From positions 248,001 to 312,000 of the forward strand of contig JALDZS010000001.1 of NCBI GenBank assembly GCA_022813965.1: a stretch of 64,000 bases of DNA, given 5' to 3'. The notes under the pieces are model-generated. The model was not told the DNA's origin and did not search any database. It saw only the letters and a program-made list of their open reading frames with translations. Below, piece after piece: positions 39,051-52,964 of the stretch (within the stretch, counting starts at the first letter, position 1; every line of letters begins with the position of its first letter). This DNA is from Toensbergia leucococca (taxonomy: Eukaryota). The translations under genes and the position numbers were made by a program.

Positions 39051-41264
39051 GATGGAATGCAGGGATTCAGCGAGTGGCTTTCCTACCGGTAGCTGTAAGG
39101 AAGAGGAGAGAGGCACGAGGGTAAAGACCGTTGGGAAAAGTGATGCACAGATTGTCAACAGAAATGAATGATAGGCGTCATAATTAGCGGCAATTGGTGG
39201 AAATGCATTAAAGATCTGCCCAATGAATTAGGTGTTGATTAAGGTAATGATTGTGCCCTAGGACAGAAAGCCCTAAAGCAAGGTACCGAATCTTGAATTT
39301 GCGCCATCTTCCCGCAGCATCTGACCAATCAAAGACAGTCATTTACTAAGTCAATGCTTTCCGAGTAGAATATATTCAATCACCCTTGTTTCATACTCTG
39401 GTAATCAAATACTTGAAGATGATACTCTGATACAGTAGATTGTAATTGCGCTACTAAGATGAAAATGTATCTCTGCTGCAATATCAACACATCAAAACAG
39501 TTGGCGCCAGTGGTGCTACCTACCCCAGACTATACCACGGGCAACAGACAAATGGTCTTCTAACATTTAACATCATCAGCAACATTGTATCTTGATGTGC
39601 ACTGTGTCGCCAACAAACTTGTCTTCGCTGTATCTAGTCCTCCCTTTACTTGCGCTTCATACTCCACTCCCGCCTCGTTTACCGCTTCCACCAAACACCA
39701 CTCTTTCGGATGGTCGCCTCCTTCGCGCCACCCACCATCTTGAGGGCGAACCAATGAGGCGGAAGAAGTACATTCTTGAGGGTAGGTACCAGGTCTATGT
39801 TGCTCGCCGAGTTCAATCTTGATCCCGTTGGTGGTGTGCGCTCTTTCACGAGTCATCATAGCTATTTAATCGAGCTCTAACGTCAACAGCGCATCGAACA
39901 AACTTTTATGGTATACGTCGCCATTACCGCTCGTTATGTGGTTTGCCTTCGCGTACAACACTTCCGTGATAGGTAGGTCTTTTCTATCCAGGGTCCGCAG
40001 ATAACTGTGAAGGCATGCATGTTCAGGTTTCGCGTACGCTGTGTGTGATTCTATACAGTAGATGAGAAGGTTAGTATCTCACAATTGGTAATATCAGTTA
40101 CAAAGTCGAGGAGTGCAGAGAGACAAGAGGAGAGCTTGAAGTTGATAGACATGGAAAGTGGGTGCGACTGAAATGGGAAAGAATGGAGAGAGAAGACAAC
40201 CGAGGGGCCAGAGAGATTTTGTACCTGTTAGGGCTTTGGTTACACCGTGAGGGCCAAGAGTAGTCGAGGTAGACGTGCTTGGAGTTGCTACTACCGTTAA
40301 CGATTCCGAGGAGCTGGATGAGATCTCTGCTTTCGAAATATCCAAAAGAGGCACGTCAGGTATATACGTGCTAAAGTAGTGCATCATATATAGCTAGCTA
40401 GGATGGATCGAACGACGGATGGCTGAGCCTCGGTGATTGTCTGCAACTGTACTAGTCTGGTAGATTCCGAGGACCGAGTGGGCTCCTGTCTGAGAGCTTG
40501 TACCGTTGAAAGGGTTGAAAACAAGGTGTTGGTCTTGGACGAACAAGATGGATCAGGCTTGATAAGAGACAGTAGTTATAGACGTTTACAACGAGAAAAG
40601 AAATGAAACTAGAGACCCGAGAAGAATTCTGTATACATGATGGGTTCTTGTACGGCATCTGCATTTGGTCCTGCATGCAGCATAGACTATGCTAGCCGTT
40701 GTCTTCTCCGGATAATACGTTTTGACAATTGGGTTGTTATACTTTGCCCTTTCTATTTGTTACCTTTGGTTACTCGGCAGGGTTTCGAAATGGCTAAAGA
40801 TAGCGACAATCCGACTCTGGCTTCGGTGACTCGAAATTAAGATGCTAATTGGTGGATTGTAATATCTCAAGCTCGGGGGTTAAGATGGGAGACCACGTGA
40901 CAAAGACGGTTTCTTAGATGGGGTTTGGTGAGAACAAAGACGCCGATTGATTGGCTGATTGCTATCCTTGTCGGAAGCGGCTCAGCCCTACCTCATGTAC
41001 ATATGCCTCGATCCGAATTGCAAGGCTGCGAACTCCACGGGGCCAACGTCAAATGCCTGGTGCACCTTTTCAATGGTAAGGTGGCGCATCTGATGTAAGC
41101 CTGCAAGGATCTTGCATACAACTGCATCATCGCACGCAATGTCAATGCCGAAAGAGTCGGCTGTGTAGGGGGAACTCCCCGATCAATAATGAGAGCCTTG
41201 CGACTGATCTCGACTTAATTCTGTCGCACTTCCGTCTCTATACTCGGCTTTCTCTTCCATAGTC

Positions 41265-43175
41265 ATGTCAGAACCAGACTTCGACCTCTTCGAATTTGTT
41301 CGTCGGTCCGCCGTCCCAGAATCTCCATCTCCAGATTCATTTTCTGCGGACCGAGAAGCTTGTGTGCCTTTAGACCTGCCAGCCCGTTGCCAAATAGACG
41401 AGAAAGCAGGCGGAAGAAGTGTACTACAGCAGGAGATTTCTGATTCGTCTACGCCCACACTCCATTCTGACACTGCTGATAACGTGCAAAGTGATGAATC
41501 CGGTAAGCATGGAGAGCTCGGTCCCATTTATCATTCAAGGACCCTGGACTCAATAGAATCTGTAGGGCACACAGTACCCGCTCAGGGTCGTGAGGGGGTC
41601 AATCCCATTTCCCCAGGTGTAAAACGTCAAAGGACATATCGTGAGATCCGGCCAGATCCAGATACCATCCGTGTCCCGCCACTGGATCAATCCGCTGGGA
41701 TGTTCTACCATGCCTCCATGTCCACTCAGGGGAAATTACCTAAAGAGCCGCGTAAGCGACGCCGAATGGATCTTGCAACAGACACTTATCAAGCGACAAG
41801 GGAAATAGGAGCTTGCGTTCGCTGTCGGATGCATCGAGTGAAATGTAGCAATGCAGACCCCTGCAATCCTTGTGGCGTAAATCAAACTTTCCATGAGCTT
41901 TGCTGTAGAACTCAAGTTAAAGACCTCTCAATTCATCATCCAGGACTGGCGACAAAATTCGTTGAAAGTTGCAAACACTCAATTCGACATTGGAACACGG
42001 ACGAAAATCAAAAGAAGGTAGTCAAGCTCTGGCATGGTTTAGGTTCCAGCTTTCCCGTGACAGTAACGGAGTACACTCCGCGGCAAGAAATCACCGATCT
42101 CTTCTGGAAAGAGCCGACAGGATGGCAAATGCTTGTTCACACGTCGTATGGGATTCAAAGCGTGGCAGATGTTGACTCGGACGCTCTGGACTCGTATATG
42201 TGGAGCCAAATCCCACATGTACTCGATCAAATACAGGCGAAGAAGACCGATTGTAGTCCTTCTTCGCTTGGGCCACCAGAACCACCTTCTTCGGTGTCCA
42301 GGAGTGCAAGTAAAGTATGGCTCCACACGATGCGTACTGTGTACAATTACACCAACAGCCATACCAACGACAACAAAGTGGAAATACTCCGCCGTACCTT
42401 ACTTTTGTGGACGTATACATTTCTGCAATATCATGGACTGTGGCAATTTACCCTAGAGAAGAACCATGACAAACTTGGCATGTCGCAACTTGGCTTGACC
42501 ACAAAGAATTGTGAGACGTTAACACCTTTTGAGGGGACCACTCCTTTGCCTAGACTTCTTGCACAGCAGATCCACACCTGCATAGAGGGAAGAATGAACG
42601 TGCTTGAGAAATCACTGGTAAAAGAATTACAGAATGCTTACATTTTGACGTTCAAATCACAGCCAAAGTATGATTGGAAGATAGTTTATTTGACCACGTG
42701 GGTGTATCTGGCGATTCTCGAGGAGATCGTCTGGGATGCAGGTCGGTGGAACAACTTACGTCAGGTTGGCTACCTCGTGCTCGTCCGAAGTATCGTGAAG
42801 CCACTGCGACTAATGCATGCATCTTAGTTGTTTGACTGGCCTCTAGAAAAGTCGCCAAACGAAAACATCGATCATGCCATCCACTCTGCCAGAGCCGTAG
42901 TTGCCCATTACCATGCCGCTCTGAGAGGCAGCTCGCTTCAGCAAATGTATGAACAGGAATTCAATACTGGAAATGATGTAACAGAGGATGTGTATCGGGA
43001 GGATGATGCTAATAAAAAAAACAGCGATGGTCTGCAGATTCTTTTCAAGGAGACCTGTTCTTTCGTGGCTACGGAGGCAGAGACTTTGGAGAGCAGAACG
43101 ACAGCGTCCTTTGAAGCGGATGATTTTCGAAGTCTGGAGTTGAAGTTCGCCGCCATGATGATCTCTCAAAAGTAG
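41265..43175 (+). CDS. Zn(II)2Cys6-type transcription factor
   Basis: Basic segment followed by ACVRCRMHRVKCSNADPCNPC...C; helical C-terminal domain; one intron ~42765-42827. Confidence 0.75.
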
Positions 43176-43565
43176 CCAGCCCGTAGCTCAACGAATTAAT
43201 GAGCAGATTTTCTTGTTGCGATGGAAAGAGTGGACGCATCAGTGTTACATGAGACTAGACAATGACAAGCACCGTCCAGCATGAAATTAGGCCGCTTGTC
43301 GAAGTAAAATACTCGTAGGTTCCAGATGTTCGTTGTTCTAGCTCGCTTTGTTGGAACTTTGAAAGCTCCACAGTGGTAGGTAGGTAGGCACATAAAAAGG
43401 ATTGGGAGAATCTGAGACGTTTGAATTATTACAACAGTACGGAGTATCTCACTAGTAAAAGAGGAGCTATAATAAGTTTCCGGTATTCTATTGAATGCCA
43501 TCGCGACCCAGAAACGCGTTGCTTCCCCTGCAGTTTACCTCTACTCGTATGAGTACCAGAAATGT

Positions 43566-45152
43566 CTACCTAGGTGTTAACTTCGCCACATTCTCACCTA
43601 AGTCTTGTATTAAATCATCAGCCTCAAAGACGTTCGATCCTTTGCGTACGACGAAAAAGTGTCCGGGCGGATCCAGCACACCATAGAGGCAAGATATCCG
43701 CTCAAAAAGTTCTGCTGCATAGGCCATGCATAGAATTGCGACTTGATGGTACACGAGAGTATGCGCAGGTGTCTGCGCATCCAGATCCTAATCACCATGA
43801 GTTAGGTTTCTTGTACTTGGCTAAAAGATTGTGAATGACTGCGACTTTACTTGAAGTAGGCAAGCAAGACACTTGGTCGCCAGTTCTGCTCCCCATACAA
43901 TTGCAAGGTCGACCCATACCCACTTCGGAAGGGTTACCGTTTGGCCTTTCAAGGTGCAAATTCTGGTAAAAATCAGCTCCTCGGACCTCAGTGGGATCTA
44001 GGACTCCCTTTCCTGAGGGATGAGTGGTACATACGTCGAAGCAACAAGGGGGGTGAATGTAAAAACAAGGGATGCAACCAATTGCAAACGTCCGAACGCG
44101 TATCCAGAGCTCCATACTCCATGATACCAGCGGCGACGCTGCTGCAGACAATCACTGAGCGTGCATGGCGACTGTTCTCTACAGATGCTCGGGATCCACC
44201 CGCAACGAAAGCCGCGCGACCATGCCTATATCAGTGATGAACCGAGCCAAAAATACAGCATTACAGGAGTTCGATCGGAAGGAGAATGCTAACCCTCCAG
44301 GCAAAATCATAGTCCTCTGCCAGACAGGCTGTATCCCACCCGACATCATATTCAAGCTTCCCCGAGACTAATAGAAAACTTCCGCGAACGCCACACACGG
44401 ATGTATGCATAATTCGATTCTGAAAATACAGTTTACCAACGTCATCAGAAACTCGAGGAATATCAATGACTGTGAGAAAAGGCTGGCGCCAATAATTTTG
44501 GTCATTGTACAAAATGATGCCCTGTGCTGAACGGCTTAGCGGTTGGCATTCAATCAGGAAGAACACGATGATGGGTTTTGTCTACCTGACCAAAGTCGTA
44601 CTTTCCTTCTTCTATAAATTTGATGCAAGCTTTGAGTGCATGCTCGTCGATTATGGATTCTTCGTCAAGGTGAAGGATCCAGTCATCGGGACTAAATGCT
44701 AAAGCCGTACGAAGATATTCTAGGCTTCTAGCCTTGAACCGGGCATTGCCAATGGTGAAATCGGTAGGTGTCGTCTTCACACGGACACCCAACTTGAGAA
44801 TCTCGGCTGCGCAAGGCGCATCTGTCAGGATCACTACTTCGAAACGGCGGTCAAACTGGGAAGCCAAGGCAACACGGTGACAAGTTCGTCGAACGGTCTA
44901 GATCACGGTCGGTGTTATCAACTTGCTACTTCTTATCACTACCTAAGATGATAAAAGTACCGCGATATTATTTCCCTTGGTCACTATGCAGATATACAAT
45001 TTCGGGAAACTTCGAAGCTTGCCGCGGTGCTTGCTTGGCGATCTGCTTAGGTAAAGAGCACCAATACCAAGCAGTGTATTCAAGAGCAGCAACTGTGGAA
45101 ATCCCATCAAAGCTAACTGTACGTTAGTTCGTTCATGGAAAGGGCGAGACAT
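43566..45152 (-). CDS. GT2 glycosyltransferase, egghead/BRE-3 (beta-1,4-mannosyltransferase)-like
   Basis: IVTKGNN, KARSLEY, WILHLDEES, GSFLLV, AEDYDF, EQSP and QQRRRW; C-terminal TM helices and FFVVRK. Five GT-AG introns keep the frame; start codon uncertain. Confidence 0.85.
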
Positions 45153-45870
45153 TGCGAGATTATGGTGCCACTCGCCTATAACGAGAACCTGTATATACGT
45201 GCATGTCGTTTCGGAGTTAATCGATATGAACCTCAAATCGTCAAGAAATTCCAGAATCTGATAAAGGACTGTGAAACACCGACTTGGTCAGTCGCCAGTG
45301 AACTAACAGCGAAGGTATTCCTTGGAGGCTTACATGCACTAATTGGGAAACAGAAACAGCAGAAGATCAAGCCGGAATAAGGCAGCAATTGAAGAAGTGC
45401 ATCAGATCTATGCACGTGATTGCCTGACATTGCCTCGAGAATAATCGACGTATTTAGGAACGAAGCTAAAAAAGCAGATGGAAGGCGCAGCAAAACTGGC
45501 CATGACTAAATAGATAGTCTATTATACTCTTGATGGTACCTCCACGTGAATTGAGCCGCAAGGAATCGAGATGCCTTTTCAAGCGTTCGGTGACGAAAGG
45601 AGGGCCTCTCATTGGTGGATGGCCAGTCCATTCTTCGTATCAGAAACGCCTCTGGTACACTTCGGTTGGGGGCGGGAAGTGATTGCTATCTAGCGGTACA
45701 CAGGCAGACAGAGACACCGAATGCAAAAGCAGAATGTCATTCGACACTGGACTCGTCTGCAAGTGCCAAATCCGTGCCTTATACAAGGCTGCTCAGACCT
45801 ATATAGAGGCCTCAATTTCTACTCGTGCTATTCACCGTTTTACAATCTCCTTGTATCATACTTTGTGACA

Positions 45871-47066
45871 ATGGAAAATTCTCTCCGTGGATATGCAAAT
45901 GCTGACTTTGATGTCGCCAATGTCATGGCAAGGGCATTGGAAGTATCATCACACTCCTGGGAATATGGGACGGCGGCGGAGGCTCTGCTTGAATTGCATA
46001 ATCCTGAGCTATCTGTTTTTGGTGACAACCCATTCCCGGAAGACAAGCTCCCTTCGCCCCTTGTTGCAGACATACCAAGCCTACTATACGCAAGGCAATT
46101 CATTCGAGTTGATAATGAGACCCTGATTGATGGAGACGGTGAGTGCTCTGTTCTGATTCTATCAACCGTGGATGAGCGCTGTCTTGAAATAATTCCATCT
46201 ACCTATTGGCGGCTGATGTTGCCGAGCGGGCAGGTGCTGTCGGCGATCCTGCATCGCTTGGTGTGTCTGCTCTCTTACTCGGACAGTCGGATGAAGACTA
46301 TTTAGCTGCAGCTCAGAGACAGACGGATTTCATTCTCTATCAGGCTCCACGCTTTTGGAATGGCGCTATTAGTCATCGCGAAAACGTGGTCGAATTATGG
46401 GCTGACTTTGTCTACATGGCGCCTCCATTCATCGCGTATCAAGCTATAGCCTCCAGTAACCAGAGCCTACTTCGTGAAGCTGGGGGCCAATGCCAGCTCC
46501 AACAGGACATTCTCCGTCCGCAAGCATCGCATAATGGCAGCCGCGGATTATGGCAGCATATCGTAGGACCCGATGAAGCTCAGGATCTGGGGCTTTGGGC
46601 TACTGGGAATGGATGGGCCGCGGCAGGGATGATGCGAGTGCTGGCGACAATGCTAAAGTGGAGACCAAGCAGCGAATGGACCTTTGCGCAAGATAAACTG
46701 AAGAGGTCGATCATAGACATCCTTGATGGAGCAGCACATGCCGCGAAGAAGGGACAGCCACCTTTACTCTACAATTATCTTGATGATGGTAGCTGGTTTG
46801 GAGATGCCGCCGCTACAGCTTTGGTGGCCTCAGTTACATATCGCATGGCAGTCTTAGCCCCCGAGGTCACTAAAGAGCGTCATATTACGTTTGCTGATGA
46901 ATGCCGGAAAGCAGTCGTGGCGCATGTCAACAACACAACTGGCTTAGTCGCTCCGACTGTAGACTCGTTGGACTGGAAGAATCGTACACCGTCCGAAGAT
47001 GGATCTCCAGAAGGCCAGAGCTTTGCAGTTATGATGTTCTCAGCTTATCGGGACTATGTTAGCTAG
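45871..47066 (+). CDS. GH105/GH88-like six-hairpin glycoside hydrolase
   Basis: HSWEYGT, GDPASLG, GAISHR, ELWADFVYMAPPF, GLWQHI, WATGNGWAAAG and SPEGQSF; one intron. Confidence 0.85.
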
Positions 47067-47396
47067 TGTAGGTAGACAGGAGACTGGTACTGGTTGTACT
47101 AATTCTAGTCAGCTCTGTGTCACTCACACACCTTTCTAGATAGCCAATCAGTCACTAAGGTACCTACTCACATGATACAATGGCAATCTCATGCAGCTAA
47201 GCCCAAAGGCAGAAGACGTGGCCCCCCTGCTGATGCTTGCCAAAAGCTGCCAGGTGCAGATACATCCTACGATAAGACAGGCTGAGCCTCAGTTGCGAAT
47301 CAGTGACCGAATTGACTTGCTTTACCTTTTGTTCATGCTGAAATAGCTGTTCGATCTACTGATCACAGCTAAATCAACTGGAGAGGCTTGTCGCAT

Positions 47397-49137
47397 ATGG
47401 CTGAGGTAGCACCTATGATTGATTCTCAGGGGGCAGTCCAGGTATTATTTAGTATACTGATGTACGTGGTTCTACTAGTTTTTACAATGTTTCTAATTAT
47501 CCCCTTCTGGGTTCAGAATTTATCGATATACATTGGGCTTTATATATGTTGTTCTGTGGCCACTCTACCGTCTTTACACAAAACGGGCTGTTCCCTCTTC
47601 GATTGCACCTCTCAAAGATAGCACAACGGTAGTCTGTGCAACAGTGAATAACACCTCAAGCATATTAACATCTGTCAAGTCATGGCTTGCAAACGACCCT
47701 CAAGGCATCATCATTGTGACAGATACTCAAAGCCAAAGCCACGTCAACCAACTTCTGCACCCGCTCTCCGACCCCAGGATCAGAGTCCTCGCGGCACCAA
47801 TGGCCAACAAAAGAGTCCAGCTCTGTCTCGGCTTCAGCAACAGCACCACCTCCCTCATCCTCATCGCAGACGACGACACAATCTGGTCCCCAACCTCTCT
47901 CACAGCAATGACCTCCCCCTTCCACCACCTCCCCAACCTCGGCGCCGTCTTCCCCGAGGTCCAAATCCGACCCCAAGAAGGCCACCACACCTTCACCATC
48001 TGGGAAGAGCTCGCCTCGATCCGCCTGTTCGGGGACGCCATTGATGGAAGGGCCTCCATGCTGATCGACGGCGGCGTCTTCTGCGCCAGCGGCTCCACAG
48101 CCGCGTATCGCGCCGCCATCCTCCGCGACGAACGATTCCAGTCGAGCTTCCAGCGCGAATCGTGGCGCGGGAAGCGGCTGAATGCGGGTGATGATCAGAC
48201 GTTGACGAGGTGGTTGTGTAGGTGCGGATGGGATGTCTTCGTCATGCCTGACGGTGCGGACGGGAGTGGTGGCGGTAATTGCCATGTTGAAACTCATATG
48301 CGCCCGACGTGGACGCATTTGCTGCAGCTGCTGCGCTGGTCGCGGAGTGATTGGTTGGCTACTATATGGGCCGTTGGCACGGAGAGGTATATATGGAGGT
48401 TAGTTTTTTTTTTTGCCTGCCCGTTTTCTCCTTCATTATCAGATTTGTCAAAGGGGGAGAGGGCAAGACTGTGATTCCTGGTCGAGGGCGGCTACATGGG
48501 ATCGAAGTCGTTACCGGATCGGTAACGAGATATCAAACAGGAAACATCCCTTCACGGCGTGGACGCGCCTGACCTGGTGCCTGGGCTCCTTTTCCTTCGT
48601 CCTTGAATTCGCATACCTCTACACCCTACTCCACAGGTCCGTCTCCTTCCCCACCCTTGCCCCCAAAGCCAAACCCCACCCCCCCCCAAAAAAAAGAATC
48701 GCAAAGAAACCCCTCCTCCTCTACCCTTCCAACCTTTCTTCACAGACTGACTCCCCTCTCCCAAAAATCCCGCACATCCCAACCCACTAAAACCACAAGC
48801 ACCGCAGCACCAGCCGCCGCCCACCCTCCACAACCCCGAGCCGCGCCATGGCCCACATCTCCCTCAGCCGCCTAATCCGCTATTTACCCTACGGCATGCG
48901 GCAGTGGCGCAAACTGCCCTACTTTGTGCCGTTTTTGCTGTATCTTTACTTTCAGCAGCTGGTCAAGGTGTATGCTTTGCTGTCGCTTGGAAATGTGAGA
49001 TACCACCCCCTCCCCCCCTCCCCTTTTCCTCCTGGGCTTTGTGTTTATTTTTTTTTGCTGGTGATTTTTGGAGCTGTGGGGATTGTGAGGGCTGATTTTT
49101 TGTGTGGTTTTTTTTTGGTTAGGTGGAGTGGGCTTGA
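47397..49137 (+). CDS. GT2 processive polysaccharide synthase (Cps1/hyaluronan-synthase-like)
   Basis: N-terminal TM; ANKRVQL, ADDDTIW, CASGSTAAYR, GDDQTLTRW and QLLRWSRS (D,D,D,QxxRW); C-terminal TMs ending KVYALLSLGN|VEWA*. The 3' exon boundaries are less certain. Confidence 0.85.
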
Positions 49138-49636
49138 GTGGTGGGGATGAGAGGTGGGTTTGGACTCTGTTTTGGGAGAGAGGGGAGTGTCTTAGGGGGG
49201 GAAGAGTGAGGGTACGTTGGGGGGCGGGCGGGATTAGCAGTTGGGCAGTAGAAGTACTGTCTCTTTTCTGATTCACGTTCACCGATATAGAGTACGTTGA
49301 GGATTTACGGACGGGAGCATGTATGAGGATGAGGAAGAGGAAAGGAGGGGGGTTGAAGGCATTTTGCGAGGAAGAGGTGTCTACGATAGGGAGTCGATGA
49401 TGGCGACCCTCCAAATCTGGGGAAGCCCCGCCACTCGTACACAACTGGATCGGTGGAGAAAGAGGCATACCCGTGTTCTCTTTCACCGCTGTTGGTCAAA
49501 GCAATTCAATCTTCATGTGTGAACAATGCTACTCGCTTTGCGTGCCTGGCAGGAACAAAACATGTTGCCTTAAGGAGGTTACACGTTTCTTTTCTCGGCG
49601 CCAAGGAAAACATGTTTCGCTTATGAAGCTTTTGGC

Positions 49637-51636
49637 TCAACATTGCCCATCCTCGGCGGGTTTTCCATTGGTATCGGAAGCCGGATTCACTTCCTGCTTC
49701 TTCTCAAGAGAGAATTTTCTCGGATTCTTGGCGCTGAAGATCTCGTCCAGCTGTTCGAGCTGTTGTGACTTGGGTTTCAGTATCAACCTCATTACTTTTG
49801 AAACAAAAAAGCCTGTTTCCTTTATATCCATGGAATGAGGGGCCTTACAGTGCGATTGTTGGTCTCGGGGATGAAGAAGTAAATAGTGACTGTTTGAACG
49901 GCGCACCAAACGATGAAACAGATATATGTCTTCCAGCCGATCTTTTCGAGTGCGACGGGCCATGCGAATTGATTGAGAAGATTCGCTTGTACCGGACGTC
50001 AGCAGAAAAGTCCTCAAGCATGCAAGGTGGAGGTGATAATGTTACCGGCACCACCAGTCAGATAAGAAAATGCCATGCCCTTGGCGCGCATCTCGAAAGA
50101 GAGGACTTCGACGGGATACAGAACCAGGAGAGGATTGAATCCGGCGGCGTAGATTGCACCGAAGAGATAGATAAATCCGATGGTCGCTTTGGCGGAAGCT
50201 GGAGAAGCGGTGGTGGCGTAGGTGGCTGTGGTGATGGTGATGGCAACCCATGTGATGCAGCATCCTGCGTTTGTGAAGAGGAGGAGTGGTCGACGACCGA
50301 CTCGATCGACAAAACTGGCTCCGACCATGGCGAGAACGAATGAGAGACAATTCAGTCCGATGTTGATATTTGTCTGCTTGATGGGATTGGAAATACCGGC
50401 GGTGTCGAGGACGGCGCTGAGGAAGTAAGATATCACAGCTGTGAACAAAACCATCTCAGTCTCTTTCAGTATGGGTATCTGAGAATATAACCATAGAGGT
50501 CCTACCATTGCCAGCCAATTGACCGTATACGGAAATCATGCAGTTACACGCCAAACGGTATAAAGAAGACCTGCTGCGAAAAAGGGCTCGGTAGTCCCAC
50601 CAATGCTTATCAGCTCCATTATCCTTGAGATGTAACTTGAAGTCGTCCAATTGCAAGCGGACCCAGACGCTGTTCATGTTGCCCTTTCCATGGAAATTTA
50701 TGAGTATCTCTTCAGCCTCCTCGACCCTGCCATGCACATAGAGCCACCTGGGAGATTCGGGAAGAAACCAAACGAACACGATAATTATGCTTGGACACAT
50801 CAGTTGCAACCAAGTAGGAAGGAGCCATGTCGTGTTTCCGGGAAGATTGAGGGCGCCGCGAATCGCTCCACTGGATACAATTGACCCAACGAACCTTTAT
50901 CTCTAGGTCAGACTGCCACACATTCTAGTATCAGAGCTGCGACAAGGAGCATACCAAAAGGTATTGTAAAGAGCAGTGATCATACCGCGATAGGCGGGAT
51001 GGGATAATTCGACAATATAAGTAGGACCAGCAGAGGCCGCAATGGCGATTCCAAAGCCCAGTAGGAATCGGCCCCCCATGTACTGACCAACCTTGGCAGT
51101 ATCCATAGTTGTTCCTTGAACAATGGTGCCGATGAAGATGATGGTGATACCAGTGAACAATCCAAACCTTCGGCCGAAAGTATCAAGTGCAGGTCCGATA
51201 AAGGGGAAAGCTGTGAAACTACCAATTTCATACATGGACGAAACGATGCCAGCCCAGATACCGCTGTTCTTGACGCGAAAATAATCCTTGAAATTAGGAG
51301 TTTCAAGGAGACTGTTGAATAAAGATGCCTCGTAGCCATTCATGATCGAGCAAATGAAAACAGCAAAAATAGCAAGGTATAACATTGGGGAGTTGGAACT
51401 AAACGGGTTTGGAGGCTCTCTGATCATGGCGTCGTGGAAACGCTCACTACCCGGGCTACCCCGGGTGGTTTTTGTCTTAGCAACAGCCTTGGTCTTGATG
51501 GTCGTGTCGGTATCGACGGTGGGTATCTCGCTGCCCTGCTGCAAGCCAAGGAAGTTTAGCGTGTGACTATGCCACGGTACATAATCGTGACATGTGTTAC
51601 CACACATACCTTTTTCTCAATCACGGAAGCCTTCAT
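49637..51636 (-). CDS. MFS sugar porter (lactose permease/cellodextrin transporter-like)
   Basis: MNGYEASL, DTFGRR, GRFLLGFG, YIVELSHPAYRG, PESPRWL, DRVGRR and YPVEVLSFEMRAKG. Confidence 0.93.
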
Positions 51637-52964
51637 CTTGGTTATGGGAAAAGAAATGGTACTTTAGGTAGAAGTAACAGAGACTATATCGTCTGGACAG
51701 AACCCTTTTCCGTCTCCCAAGCCATTTTGATGGGAGATGGAAAAGGGGTTTCGTTCTGGAAATTCAGCTGTAGCTCTAAAAAGGCTATTCTCAAGGCTGA
51801 ATTCACTCCAAGCCCATATCAAGCACGTATGATGTGCATGACGGTGGCGTACATGATCTCACGACGTGCAGAGCACTTACCCGCATAAAAGTTTCCGGGG
51901 GTTAATGTTTTTTTAGATAGTCAGCCTCATCGGCATCACAAGCCCGACTCCCCATTGGAAGCTGTTGTTTCAAGAAAGGAATATCCACAGGTCAAAGCAA
52001 AGTGTCTGCCTAATAGGCTGTGACTGGAATATCTCGCTTTCGAGATGGGAAGCAGCCGAGCTCAGCCTGATTCGAATGATGATGACAGAGGAAACGAATT
52101 GAGACAGCATGAAATCGCACCTCTTCATATCTGCATTATGTAGCCGGCTGGCTTAATCAAAAGATGTTGTCCGGCTCCATTGGGTCAGTAGGGTGCCTCG
52201 TGCCAACTGAAAGACTCTCCTTTCCAGCGAGTCATATCTTAGGCTTACAGTAATTGTATCTTACCCTTTCATAGCCTCATTTCTTTCTAGACTCGATCAT
52301 GCGTCCTTGTTTGTTCTTTGCCAAGCCTCGATCGACTTCACGATGGTATGTAGCGCTTATCTGAATGTTAGACATGATCGGATCTAAAGGGTGAATTGCT
52401 TGGCTACTCGATTAGCAGCCTACCTACCTTACTCGTGCTCACTCGGACCATGTAGGTAAGGGACGAATACATAAATGACATCCCGCTCGTACAAATTTCA
52501 GCAAGTCGTACCGACAAGATCTGAAAGTCTTGTTTCAAATGTATTAGAGTGGGTGTCGTGGCTTGCTGTTTGATTTGCCCACGTGGGTAGGTAGAGGAGA
52601 AACTCGTAGGTATTTAATACTCTCTACACGAGGCTGACCATTTGGAAGCGTGAATGCGAACAGGTGGGAAAGTGGTTTGCAAGATAGCCGTTGGAGATCC
52701 CTTAGATACGTGCGATCGGATGTTTCTATTTCAAGTTGGATGAGGCTGATTGCTTCATCAAACACTTAGAATAGATACTTGAATTGAGGCCAATCTTAAG
52801 TGCATGTTATTCTGCTGTTTTCTAAGGCGGTGACTGGTGAGGTTCAGTACGCGAGTGAAGTGGATTGGCTGCCCCATTATGAATGGTCAATTCTGATAGT
52901 TCTAGTCCTCATCCCACCACCAAAACGTCTACCTTACCTATCGAGAATTTACTCAGCCTGCCTC

